DNA from: Oligoflexales bacterium
Lineage (GTDB): Bacteria > Bdellovibrionota_B > Oligoflexia > Oligoflexales > Bog-1112
Direction of reading: 5' to 3'
NCBI GenBank assembly: GCA_045106415.1
Contig: JBGCEP010000066.1
Coordinates: 1 to 19,186 of the forward strand
DNA length: 19,186 bases
Below are positions 7,453-15,943 of the stretch, piece after piece. The translations under genes and the position numbers were made by a program. Within the stretch, counting starts at the first letter, position 1. Each line of letters begins with the position of its first letter. The notes below the pieces were generated by a model. The model was not told the origin of the DNA. It did not search any database and was given only the letters and a program-made list of their open reading frames with translations.

Positions 7453-8826
7453 TCACTTACTAACCAGAATAAACCCATGATCTGAAACATGAGGTCTTAA
7501 TGATTTTTTTATGAAATGAAACGCTATAAATGCAGCTAGAAGACCGGCAATGACATTAGCAATAGCTCGACCAGCATAAAGACCTTCAAGACCCCAGTGA
7601 TCAACACCTACATACCCTAGAGGAATTGTAAGAATAAAAAGCCGAATAACAATAAGCATCAACGACAAAAAAGGTTGCTGTAGGCTATTCATCACAGCAA
7701 CAAGAAAATCAAGAACACCTTGCCACCAGTATGTCATAGGGACAATCCAGCAGTAGAGAGCGATTCCTTTTATAAGGTCTTTTTCTGATGAGAAAAACAA
7801 ACCAATCCATTGACTTATTGCAATTAAAAGTAAAGTGACTCCACCACACCAAAGAGCAGACCACCGTAGAGAAACCCAAAAACAATCTTCAATTCTTTCT
7901 AACTGTTGCGCTCCATAGTTTTGACTTACAATCGGTGACATCACATTTGCTAAAGCCATAATTCCAATAGTTGCAAAAGCCTCAATCCGAAAAGAGACAC
8001 CAAAAGCAGCTGCTGCAAAAACACCTTCTGACGCTACAAACTTCATAAGTATCGCTTGGCTTAAGGGGGCAAAACTCGCCGTAAGACTCACAGGGACACC
8101 GATATACAAAATCTTTTTCCAATCTTGCAACATATGAAAATTCCAACTCGGAGCTGTCATCATTTTGAGTTTAAAGTGAAGAAGGCTTAAAGACGCTATT
8201 AAGGTGAGCAAATAAGAAAAAGCTGTTGCAATTGCAGCACCTTGAAATCCCATCGCAGGGATTGGGCCATACCCAAAAATAAGCAACGGATCTAAGACAA
8301 TATTCGTCATGCCAGCAACCGACATAATCAAACTCGGTGTTTTCGAGTCACCTGTTGCCCGGATGACACTGTTTCCGACAATAGGAAGCATAATAAGACA
8401 TGAAGCCATATACCAAATTTCCATATATCGCTTTACAGGTGCTTGAATATTTTCGGGAATCCCTAAGCTCGATAAGGTCAGATCAATAGATATCCACCCC
8501 ACAAAAGCGATCCCTAAAGAAAGAGCGCTCACAAGCAGCAGCCCATGAGTCGCTATTCTTTTTGCGGATTGAACATCTTGCCTCCCTAAGAAAAATCCAA
8601 CATGCGACATCGTACCGACACCGATGCCCATACCTAGGCCTAAAACAATAAAAATTAAAGGAAAAATAAAACTAATAGCGGCTAATGATTCTTCTCCTAG
8701 CATGCCAACAAAAATCATATCAATGACTTGAAAACTCATCACAGCTAAAAGACCAAACCCCATAGGTACAGCCATTTTAAGGATATGATCCTTTATTGGG
8801 CCTTGGGTTAAGCCAGCTTGATTCAC
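7453..8826 (-). CDS. MATE family efflux transporter
   Basis: LTQGPI..., DMIFVGMLG..LAA, RATGDSKTP, NIVLDPLLIFGYGPIPAMGFQGAAIAT and QNYGA motifs; about 12 TM segments; GTG start. Confidence 0.95.
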   Translation of the reverse strand: MNQAGLTQGPIKDHILKMAVPMGFGLLAVMSFQVIDMIFVGMLGEESLAAISFIFPLIFIVLGLGMGIGVGTMSHVGFFLGRQDVQSAKRIATHGLLLVSALSLGIAFVGWISIDLTLSSLGIPENIQAPVKRYMEIWYMASCLIMLPIVGNSVIRATGDSKTPSLIMSVAGMTNIVLDPLLIFGYGPIPAMGFQGAAIATAFSYLLTLIASLSLLHFKLKMMTAPSWNFHMLQDWKKILYIGVPVSLTASFAPLSQAILMKFVASEGVFAAAAFGVSFRIEAFATIGIMALANVMSPIVSQNYGAQQLERIEDCFWVSLRWSALWCGGVTLLLIAISQWIGLFFSSEKDLIKGIALYCWIVPMTYWWQGVLDFLVAVMNSLQQPFLSLMLIVIRLFILTIPLGYVGVDHWGLEGLYAGRAIANVIAGLLAAFIAFHFIKKSLRPHVSDHGFILVSK

Positions 8827-8904
8827 AACAACACCTTACTCTCACAAGAACACTCACATCGCTTCGGTAAATGGCCAAAAACATTAAAATATTTTATGTT
8901 ATGA

Positions 8905-8920
8905 CACTTGATTTCAAGTG
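8905..8920. promoter_or_regulatory. Palindromic candidate operator between divergent MATE and SRPBCC genes
   Basis: CACTTGA-TT-TCAAGTG, a perfect 7-2-7 inverted repeat. Confidence 0.45.
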
Positions 8921-9017
8921 CTTACAAGCAATCCTTGTTCTCGTACTCTTTGCTGCCTAATTAAAAAATTTCAACATCTCATCAATTTTTTATAAAGCTT
9001 ATGCCAAAAAAAAATTG

Positions 9018-9025
9018 TCCGATAA
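9018..9025 (+). promoter_or_regulatory. Sigma28-like -10 element upstream of the SRPBCC gene
   Basis: TCCGATAA 63 nt before the ATG; no well-spaced -35 element. Confidence 0.4.
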
Positions 9026-9088
9026 GAGCAACCAACCCGTCGTGCCTTCATAGGCATATCATCACATCACTTTATTTAAGGAATTCAT

Positions 9089-9520
9089 ATGAGAGAAATA
9101 CAGACAACTATTGAAATATCAGCTCCTTTACAAAAAGTCTGGGATATTCTCGTAAATTTCGATGAATGGAGTGATTGGAATCCCACAGTTTCTAAAGCAG
9201 GTGGTCAAGCCGATCTAGACTCTTTTCTCGACATTACAATGAAGGGTGACAACTGCGAAGACATGAGCTACAAACCTCAAATTATCGAATTGCAGCAGCC
9301 TTATTTTCTCAGATGGCGAGCAACTATGGTTGCAGGATTCATTTTTACAAATGATCGTGTTTTTGAGCTTAAAGAAGAGAATGGGAAAACAATTTTTACA
9401 AACAAAGAGTGTTTTTCTGGCTTAGTTATGCTTCTGTCTTGGAAGAAAATGAATAGTTTTGTACTACCTATTCTTGAAAAGATGAATACTGCTCTTAAAG
9501 ACACAGCAGAAAAATCATAA
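9089..9520 (+). CDS. SRPBCC/START-fold (polyketide cyclase-like) protein
   Basis: IEISAPLQKVWDILVNFDEWSDWNP N-terminus, E.FSG and MNTALKDTAE C-terminus; RBS AAGGA. Confidence 0.92.
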   Translation: MREIQTTIEISAPLQKVWDILVNFDEWSDWNPTVSKAGGQADLDSFLDITMKGDNCEDMSYKPQIIELQQPYFLRWRATMVAGFIFTNDRVFELKEENGKTIFTNKECFSGLVMLLSWKKMNSFVLPILEKMNTALKDTAEKS

Positions 9521-9615
9521 AATACATTCTTGTCTTTTAAAGCGATTTTGAAAAGATGTACAAAGCTCTAATGGCTATAAATTTTACATTCAACTACTGA
9601 ATATATTATTTTATG

Positions 9616-11442
9616 TTATGGGAAATGCTTGTGAATTATTTTTACAAGATCTTTTTTATTGAGTGGCTTCGATAAAAAGTCATCCATGCCGCACAAACGA
9701 CATCTTTCTTGATCCTCTTGAGTTACACTTGCTGTAACAGCAATAATTTTAGGACGTATTTCTTTAGCTATATATTTTAAAATCATTTGCGTTGTTTCAT
9801 ACCCATCCAACCCTGGCATGTGACAGTCCATAAGAATCATATCAAACCTTTTTTCTTTTAAAACTTCTAAAACCTCTTCACCAGATGAGGTTAGATGAAA
9901 TTGAAATAAGCCAAGACTTTTTAAAAAACTCACAATAATTTTTTGATTAACAACATTGTCTTCTGCGATCAATATTTTAAGATCATGCCGCAATGTTTCA
10001 CATGGTTTTTCTCTGGATTCTTTTTCATTTTCTGACAATGATCCAATTACAAAAAAAGAAAATGTAGATCCTATACCTTCTTGGGTTTGCACAGTAATTT
10101 CACCCCCCATAGCATCTACTAAGCCTTGACAAATCGAAAGACCAAGCCCCGTTCCTCCAAAACGTCGGGTTGTCGAAATATCTGCTTGCGAAAAAGGATC
10201 AAATAAAGAGCTCACGATATGCTGCGGAATCCCAATACCTGTATCTGTAACCGCAATCGAAATTTTAATATTTTTTTGATTTAACACCTCTGAGTAACAT
10301 TCAACTGAAATATTTCCTCGTTCAGTAAACTTAATAGCGTTACTCATAAAATTTGTGAGGACTTGACGAATTCGTGTTGAATCTCCACAAATAAATTTAG
10401 GTAAATCTTCAGCTAGATGGTAAGAGAACGAGAGATTTTTCAAAGCAAGCTCAGGGCTGAAAATTTTAAAAGTATCTTCTAAAACATCTTGAAGATTAAA
10501 GTTTTTATTTTCAACTTGAAGTTTTCCTGCATCAATTTTTGAAAAATCTAAAACATCATTAATAATATTTAAAAGATTATGCCCACAGGACTGAATCACT
10601 CTTATATCTTCTTGATGAGAAGGATCCTCTATCGAATGAAGGAGAATATCAGCATAACCCATAATTCCATTCATTGGAGTTCTTATTTCATGAGAGATGT
10701 TTGCTAAAAACCTACTCTTTGCTTCTAAAGCTTCTTCAGCAATTCGAGTTCTTCTAGCAACTTCTTCTTCGAGCTCATCTTGTTGACGATAAAATGATTT
10801 AAGTAATTGATTCAACGATTGTGTAATTGTTGACAGCTCATCTTTTTCACCACCTAAAAAATTGAAACGCTTTAAAACTAACTTTTCACGTTTTCTTTCT
10901 TGATCTGTTTTCCTTAAATATCTTGCTATTTTTATAAGATGACGAGTTAAAAGTTGATTAATAACAAATAAGATTAAAAATGAAGCTAAAAAAGTTTTCA
11001 AAAAATTCGTTACAACAATAACTAAAAGTTCATCTGTTAAAAACGTATAAATCTGATAAACATCAGCGTATAAAAGAATACTTCCAACTCTTTGTTTTTC
11101 AAAACTTAATGCATATTCTCGACTAAATGACTTCTTTGGCAAAACACCAAGACTTTTAGTGTCTCCTCCATCTACACTTATATACTTCACTTCAATATAA
11201 TCAATAGATGGATGACTATAAAATCCTTCTATTATCGCAGCTATCTGTTGATCATTTAAATCCCACAATGCTGCTTCTAAAGATTTTTGGCCAGTATGAA
11301 TCAAAGTATCAAATTTTTCATACGTTCTTTCTACTTGTTCATCATATTCACGAATGATTTGAGTTAATGTCACAATCATCGTGATTAAGCTACTAGCAAA
11401 AATTACACCAAGAAGAAGTTTTTTAGATATAGATCCACTCAT
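9616..11442 (-). CDS. Membrane-bound hybrid sensor histidine kinase/response regulator
   Basis: Two TM segments and a HAMP-like linker. H-box FLANISHEIRTPMNG, N-box QVLTNFMSNAIKFT, DTGIG and GGTGLGL. Receiver motifs AEDN, MDCHMP and KP. Confidence 0.96.
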   Translation of the reverse strand: MSGSISKKLLLGVIFASSLITMIVTLTQIIREYDEQVERTYEKFDTLIHTGQKSLEAALWDLNDQQIAAIIEGFYSHPSIDYIEVKYISVDGGDTKSLGVLPKKSFSREYALSFEKQRVGSILLYADVYQIYTFLTDELLVIVVTNFLKTFLASFLILFVINQLLTRHLIKIARYLRKTDQERKREKLVLKRFNFLGGEKDELSTITQSLNQLLKSFYRQQDELEEEVARRTRIAEEALEAKSRFLANISHEIRTPMNGIMGYADILLHSIEDPSHQEDIRVIQSCGHNLLNIINDVLDFSKIDAGKLQVENKNFNLQDVLEDTFKIFSPELALKNLSFSYHLAEDLPKFICGDSTRIRQVLTNFMSNAIKFTERGNISVECYSEVLNQKNIKISIAVTDTGIGIPQHIVSSLFDPFSQADISTTRRFGGTGLGLSICQGLVDAMGGEITVQTQEGIGSTFSFFVIGSLSENEKESREKPCETLRHDLKILIAEDNVVNQKIIVSFLKSLGLFQFHLTSSGEEVLEVLKEKRFDMILMDCHMPGLDGYETTQMILKYIAKEIRPKIIAVTASVTQEDQERCRLCGMDDFLSKPLNKKDLVKIIHKHFP

Positions 11443-11483
11443 TGTGAACTTCTTTCATTACTGGCTATACGGGCATATAAAAC

Positions 11484-11491
11484 TTATCGGC
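11484..11491 (-). promoter_or_regulatory. Sigma28-like -10 element upstream of the hybrid kinase
   Basis: Perfect GCCGATAA on the minus strand 41 nt before the ATG; -35 is poor. Confidence 0.55.
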
Positions 11492-11711
11492 TTTCAATTT
11501 TTTTTTTCAAAAAATTACTACAAATATGTTAAAATTATTTAACCGCAGTTAAAAATCCCATGAAATCACGCTGAATAACATTGGCTTTTTTGACTACTTT
11601 TTAGAAAAAACAAAAATTTCTTATTTTAAGAAAAAAGTGGGAGTAAATTTAATTTCGATTCTAATTTCGATATTTTTCTTATATTAACCAGAGTATGGTT
11701 TGTGGGGATTT

Positions 11712-12482
11712 ATGTATAAAACATTTTTGGTATTAAGCATTTTATCTTGTTCTTTCTCTCTTCTTCACTCCACCGATGCCTTGTCACAAAAAAAAATGTT
11801 TACAGTCGGAGTGGAAGCCATACCATTTATGCCATATTCAGACATTAAAGATGGGGAGTATTTTGGGGTTTTTCGTAACATTCTAGATTCATTTGCCTCA
11901 GAAAATCAAATAAAATTCACATATCTCCCCTTGCCTGTTGCAAGGCTTTATGCCGATTTTTACAACGGAGATATTGACTTCAAAGTACCCGCCAATGAAT
12001 ATTGGCAAAGCGAAGCCAAAAAGAAAAAAAAGATAGATATTTTTTATAGCGATCCTATTGCTACTTTTTGCGATGGCGTTATGGTGAAAGAAGAAAACAA
12101 AAACTTCTTACTCAATAATATCAAATCCCTTGGTATTATTGATGGATTCACACCATGGAAATATCTAGATATTATTAAGAGAGGAACAATAAAAACACGT
12201 AAAAACTCTAGCATTACAGGTCTTCTTCAACAAGGGATTCTAGGAAGAGTTGATGGTATTTACATCAACAAAGCTGTTGGAGAGTTTTACTTAAAAGAAA
12301 AATGGGGAAATAAAAAAACTCTTATTTTCAACAAAAACCTTCCTTTTACAGAGAGCACTTTTCATGTCGGAACATTAAAAGAAAAAGATCTTCTCCAAAA
12401 ACTTAATACTCACATCAGAGGTTCAGCTAAAATAAAAACGATAATGAAAAATGCAAATATCTATCCATCAAAAAATAAATAA
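11712..12482 (+). CDS. Periplasmic substrate-binding protein (family 3-like)
   Basis: Signal peptide from ATG 11712 (track start 11700). Motifs VGVE..PFMPY, G.YFG, LPVARL and GRVDG. No permease or ATPase genes adjacent. Confidence 0.85.
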   Translation: MYKTFLVLSILSCSFSLLHSTDALSQKKMFTVGVEAIPFMPYSDIKDGEYFGVFRNILDSFASENQIKFTYLPLPVARLYADFYNGDIDFKVPANEYWQSEAKKKKKIDIFYSDPIATFCDGVMVKEENKNFLLNNIKSLGIIDGFTPWKYLDIIKRGTIKTRKNSSITGLLQQGILGRVDGIYINKAVGEFYLKEKWGNKKTLIFNKNLPFTESTFHVGTLKEKDLLQKLNTHIRGSAKIKTIMKNANIYPSKNK

Positions 12483-12593
12483 GTCAGCATACTGGATGCA
12501 AAAAAAAATTGACCTTATAGAATATATAAATATCAAGAGATCTCGAAAATCAATAAAACAAGATGATAGATCTCATCATTAATGAACTTCTGT

Positions 12594-12646
12594 TAGCCCA
12601 CTTCTTTAGAAAATCTTAAGGGTTTCTAAAGAAGTGGGCTATTTTT
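12594..12646 (+). terminator. Long hairpin between convergent genes (terminator, possibly bidirectional)
   Basis: TAGCCCACTTCTTTAGAAA / TTTCTAAAGAAGTGGGCTA perfect 19-bp stem, 10-nt loop, T tract on the + strand. Confidence 0.75.
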
Positions 12647-12657
12647 ACATAACGTTT

Positions 12658-13167
12658 TTATGCATCACAATCTGGGTCATGGCAGCAGCCACTTTCATTG
12701 CTGGTAAGTCCATTTTCCAGCTCTTCTTTAGAAGCTACACGTACCTTCATAACTTCTAAATCAAAATGTAGTGTTTCACCAGCTAATGGGTGATTGCCGT
12801 CTAGAACAATTTCATCATCCCGAACTTCAATTGCTGTCACAACTAAACTTTGGCCATCAGGTTTTCCAACTTGGAACTGCATACCAACTTTAATGCTCTC
12901 TGCTTCTTCACCGAATTGACTTTTAGGGACAGCCTGAATCAAAGTTTCATCATTACGTCCGTAGCCTTCTTCTGGAGAAACAGCAACTTTAAACTTATCC
13001 CCGACTGTTTTACCTGCCATTTCTTTTTCTAACCCAGGAACAATATCCCTATTTCCTTGGATATAAGCGAGAGGTTGAGAGCCTTTTGAACTATCGATCA
13101 CTTCTCCAGCCTCATTCGTTAAAGTATAGTGCATCTCCACGACACTTCCATCAACAATTGTACTCAT
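12658..13167 (-). CDS. slyD: FKBP-type peptidyl-prolyl isomerase SlyD
   Basis: VVEMHYTL..GEVIDSS, PGLE, VSPEEGYG, DGNHPLAGETLHF and A..EEL motifs; short CCHDPDC metal-binding tail. ATG at 13167 with RBS AAGGA. Confidence 0.93.
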   Translation of the reverse strand: MSTIVDGSVVEMHYTLTNEAGEVIDSSKGSQPLAYIQGNRDIVPGLEKEMAGKTVGDKFKVAVSPEEGYGRNDETLIQAVPKSQFGEEAESIKVGMQFQVGKPDGQSLVVTAIEVRDDEIVLDGNHPLAGETLHFDLEVMKVRVASKEELENGLTSNESGCCHDPDCDA

Positions 13168-13362
13168 AAAAAAATCCTTTGTTAATCTATTCAAGTTTCT
13201 AACTTCATAGCAAATGTTTCAATTTATACTCAAAGTCGGAAAAAACTTCCCACTCCCTTAGCTTGTTATATTGTAGTAGCCTTTAAATGCAATAAGTCTT
13301 ATGAATTTTTTGACACAGACATCCACAAAAAATAATTATTAAAAAAACAAGGTTTTCAAATT

Positions 13363-13686
13363 ATGCCTATTTACGAATACAAATGCAGAATATGCCTAAC
13401 GTTGCAGGAAAATTTAATTCTAAATCATGAAATTCCAGCATGTATAAAATGTGGAAGTTTTAATTTAGAAAAACAATTTTCCTTATTTTCTTGCCGCACA
13501 AAGACTTTCTCCCATGACACTGTCATACCCTCACAACACACTGATGGAAAGCTAGAGAGAAGCTCTGACAATCACAGTCAAGCAGCCAGTTCCTCACACT
13601 GCCATACCGATCAAAAGAATTCTTGCTCACATAGCCATCATGCAGAGGTCTTGTTAAAAAAAGCTGAAAAGCTAGGGGTGATTTGA
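13363..13686 (+). CDS. FmdB-family zinc-ribbon protein with His-rich C-terminal extension
   Basis: MPIYEYKCRIC...CIKCGS..LEKQFS, followed by an H/C-rich tail (SHCHTDQKNSCSHSHH). Confidence 0.88.
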   Translation: MPIYEYKCRICLTLQENLILNHEIPACIKCGSFNLEKQFSLFSCRTKTFSHDTVIPSQHTDGKLERSSDNHSQAASSSHCHTDQKNSCSHSHHAEVLLKKAEKLGVI

Positions 13687-13817
13687 TGAGCAGAACTAGT
13701 GTTCGGAAAATTTCAGGATAGTTGTCACTTATAAAGAAAAAGAGTGGCTTCTCAGGATTAAATTTGAACCTTAGGGACAATAATGCACACTCAGAACAAC
13801 ATAAATATTTTAGACTT

Positions 13818-13855
13818 CCCATACTCATAGTTTCTTTAGGAACTATGAGTATGGG
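13818..13855. repeat. Perfect 15-bp inverted repeat
   Basis: CCCATACTCATAGTT-N8-AACTATGAGTATGGG with no T tract on either side. Confidence 0.8.
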
Positions 13856-13930
13856 GTCACATGAATTCCATCAATGGAGCAAGACCAATGCTTGCGTGTC
13901 AGATTCATTTAAAACTGTAAATTTCCACTT

Positions 13931-14619
13931 TACCTCCCGCTTCGCCAATTACAAGGTTTTATAGAAGGTCTGTTTCACCTTCTCAATATAGATTTCAAGT
14001 TCTAAATAATCCGACTTTTCAAGACGAGCGAAGGATATTGATGTTGCTTTAGCAACATATTGACCTAGGAAAACCTATTCATCTGGTCATTGATGCCACT
14101 GGGATGAAAATTCATGGAGAAGGAGAACGGCATGTGAGAAACCATGGAAAATCAAAAAGACGCAAGTGGAAGAGGTTTCATGTCGGTGTTGGTGTTGGTG
14201 TTGAGACGAGACAAATCACCGCCCTTACTATGACGGAGTCTAATGTTCATGACAGTTTAGAAACTGACAACCTTATCCAGAACACATCAAGCGAAATTGA
14301 GACTGTAACAGGGGATAAGGCTTACGATAACAAGCATGCCTATGATGCAATTGCACGGGTTAAAGCCTTGCCTCGCACTCCTCCTCGTAGTGGGGCTGCA
14401 CTCACAAAAAATAATATGGGATAGATGCTTCGTAATAATAATATCAGAAACATCTGAAACCTTCGGCAAAAACAATGGAAAAAAGAAGTTGGGTATCATG
14501 ATCGAAATTTAGTTGAAAATACATTCTTTCGTTACAAAACCATATTAGGCCCAAAACTGCGGGCTAGAAATTTTAGCAACCAATGTACTGAACTTAGGAT
14601 TGGTGCGCAAATAGCTTGA
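13931..14619 (+). pseudogene. IS5-family transposase pseudogene
   Basis: Small indels at 13990-14060 relative to copy 1, in-frame TAG 14422-14424 and TGA 14455-14457. The same frame continues as WKKEVGYHDRNLVENTFFRYKTILGPKLRARNFSNQCTE, the IS903-type C-terminal motif. Confidence 0.9.
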
Positions 14620-14674
14620 ATAACCTCATCATTGATGGAATTAAAATTCTCGAATTGATTTATGCAACAACTCT
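13931..14674 (+). mobile_element. IS5-family (IS903-group) remnant, copy 2; left part missing, right IR present
   Basis: Closely similar to the reverse complement of about 472-935. Right IR GATTTATGCAACAACTCT at 14657-14674 matches the copy 1 IR at 16 of 18 positions. Confidence 0.9.
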
Positions 14675-14900
14675 TGAATAAAATATAGACTGTTTCTTCC
14701 TGTAGCCAGAAAACACCTAATACATCAACATAGAAATCAAAACATACAAGCTTCACCACACCGATTGACTCAACGGCTCAATTGAACCACATTGACTCTG
14801 ACCTTAAAAGAATCGGTATTCAAAAATATAATCAAACATCCACAATCACGAGCATGAAGATCAATGAATTCTTAAAGATATCATCACAAACATGAAAATC

Positions 14901-14917
14901 ATGATATAATATATCAT
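14901..14917. promoter_or_regulatory. Zur box-like operator
   Basis: ATGATATA-A-TATATCAT, a perfect 8-1-8 palindrome close to the proteobacterial Zur core ATGTTATA-N-TATAACAT, 70 nt upstream of the zur-like start. Confidence 0.8.
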
Positions 14918-14987
14918 TTATGTTGACAGACTCGCTTCATATATGTTTTTCTGCTGGGCTGCCACTTTACGTGGCGTAGAGGATTAT

Positions 14988-15452
14988 ATGAGCTTAGACA
15001 AATCATTAGATCAGGTGATAGCAGCCATTGAAAAGATCTGTAAGAAGGATGGAGTCAAATTCACTCCTCGTCGCAAGGATATTTTCAAAATCATGTTGCG
15101 TGCAAAAAAGGCTCTATCTGCTTATGAAGTGTCTCACCTTTTGAATCAAGAGCATAAAACCTCGACTCCAACTATGTCTGTGTATCGAATTCTAGACTTC
15201 CTCGAAAAGCAAAAGTTCGTACATAAAATATCATCCATCAACAAATACGCAGTCTGTGGACATATCACATGTCGTCACGGGCATGATCTACCAAGATTAG
15301 CTGTTTGCACCAGCTGTCTTAAAGTGGAAGAGCTTGCGATGAACAATCCTATTAAACAAGAACTGCAGGTGGGCCTCGAGTCCATCGATTTTCATATGGA
15401 GAGTCAGCAGCTTGAATTGATGGGTTTATGCTCAGACTGCAAAAATTGTTAA
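14988..15452 (+). CDS. zur: Fur-family zinc uptake regulator (Zur-like)
   Basis: G.KFTPRR, ALSAYE, TMSVYRILDFL, VHKISSINKY..C, CTSC and E..GLCSDC motifs. ATG 14988 with RBS GAGGA (track start 14943). Confidence 0.88.
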   Translation: MSLDKSLDQVIAAIEKICKKDGVKFTPRRKDIFKIMLRAKKALSAYEVSHLLNQEHKTSTPTMSVYRILDFLEKQKFVHKISSINKYAVCGHITCRHGHDLPRLAVCTSCLKVEELAMNNPIKQELQVGLESIDFHMESQQLELMGLCSDCKNC

Positions 15453-15479
15453 TTTTTTTTTACGTATAAGGTTTGAATT

Positions 15480-15914
15480 ATGAAAAGTATGAGTCAAATG
15501 GGAGATCAACTCTCCGTCGGTCTATCTATGTTATGCGCAGTCCATTGTTTTGTTTTGCCTGTTTTCATGGCACTCGTTCCTTCTCTCCAGGTGCTTTCAT
15601 TTGCTAGCGATGAGTCTTTTCATTTTTGGATGATGGTCGGTGTTCTTCCAACAAGTTTGGCAACATTGTGGATGGGTTGTCATAAGCATAAAGAGTATGG
15701 CTTTTTGGCTGTTGGTCTTCTGGGTTTGTCCATTCTTGCTTTTGCGGCCATCTGGGGACATGCTCTGTTCGGTTGCAAATATGAAAAATATATCACTCTC
15801 CTTGGCTCAGGTTTGATTTCATTTGCTCACATTAAAAACTATTTTAAGTGCAAGCATGAAAATTGTGACAACCACACATGCAATGACTCCGTTGTATCCG
15901 AGCCGGCTGTATAG
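15480..15914 (+). CDS. MerC-domain membrane protein
   Basis: D.LSVGLSMLCAVHCFVLP, E.FH, G..KHK, E..ITLLG and AHIKN pattern; 4 TM segments and a Cys/His tail. Confidence 0.88.
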   Translation: MKSMSQMGDQLSVGLSMLCAVHCFVLPVFMALVPSLQVLSFASDESFHFWMMVGVLPTSLATLWMGCHKHKEYGFLAVGLLGLSILAFAAIWGHALFGCKYEKYITLLGSGLISFAHIKNYFKCKHENCDNHTCNDSVVSEPAV

Positions 15915-15943
15915 AACTTTCAAAAGTCATAGGTAAGACCATT

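Noticed and set aside
472..14674. Composite transposon bounded by the two IS copies
   Set aside because: The outer end of copy 1 is missing, both transposases are dead, no target duplication can be identified, and the cargo includes core genes (tRNA-fMet, ribD, slyD).
15480..15914. Mercury resistance operon
   Set aside because: No merR, merA, merT or merP; the context is Zur and COG0523.
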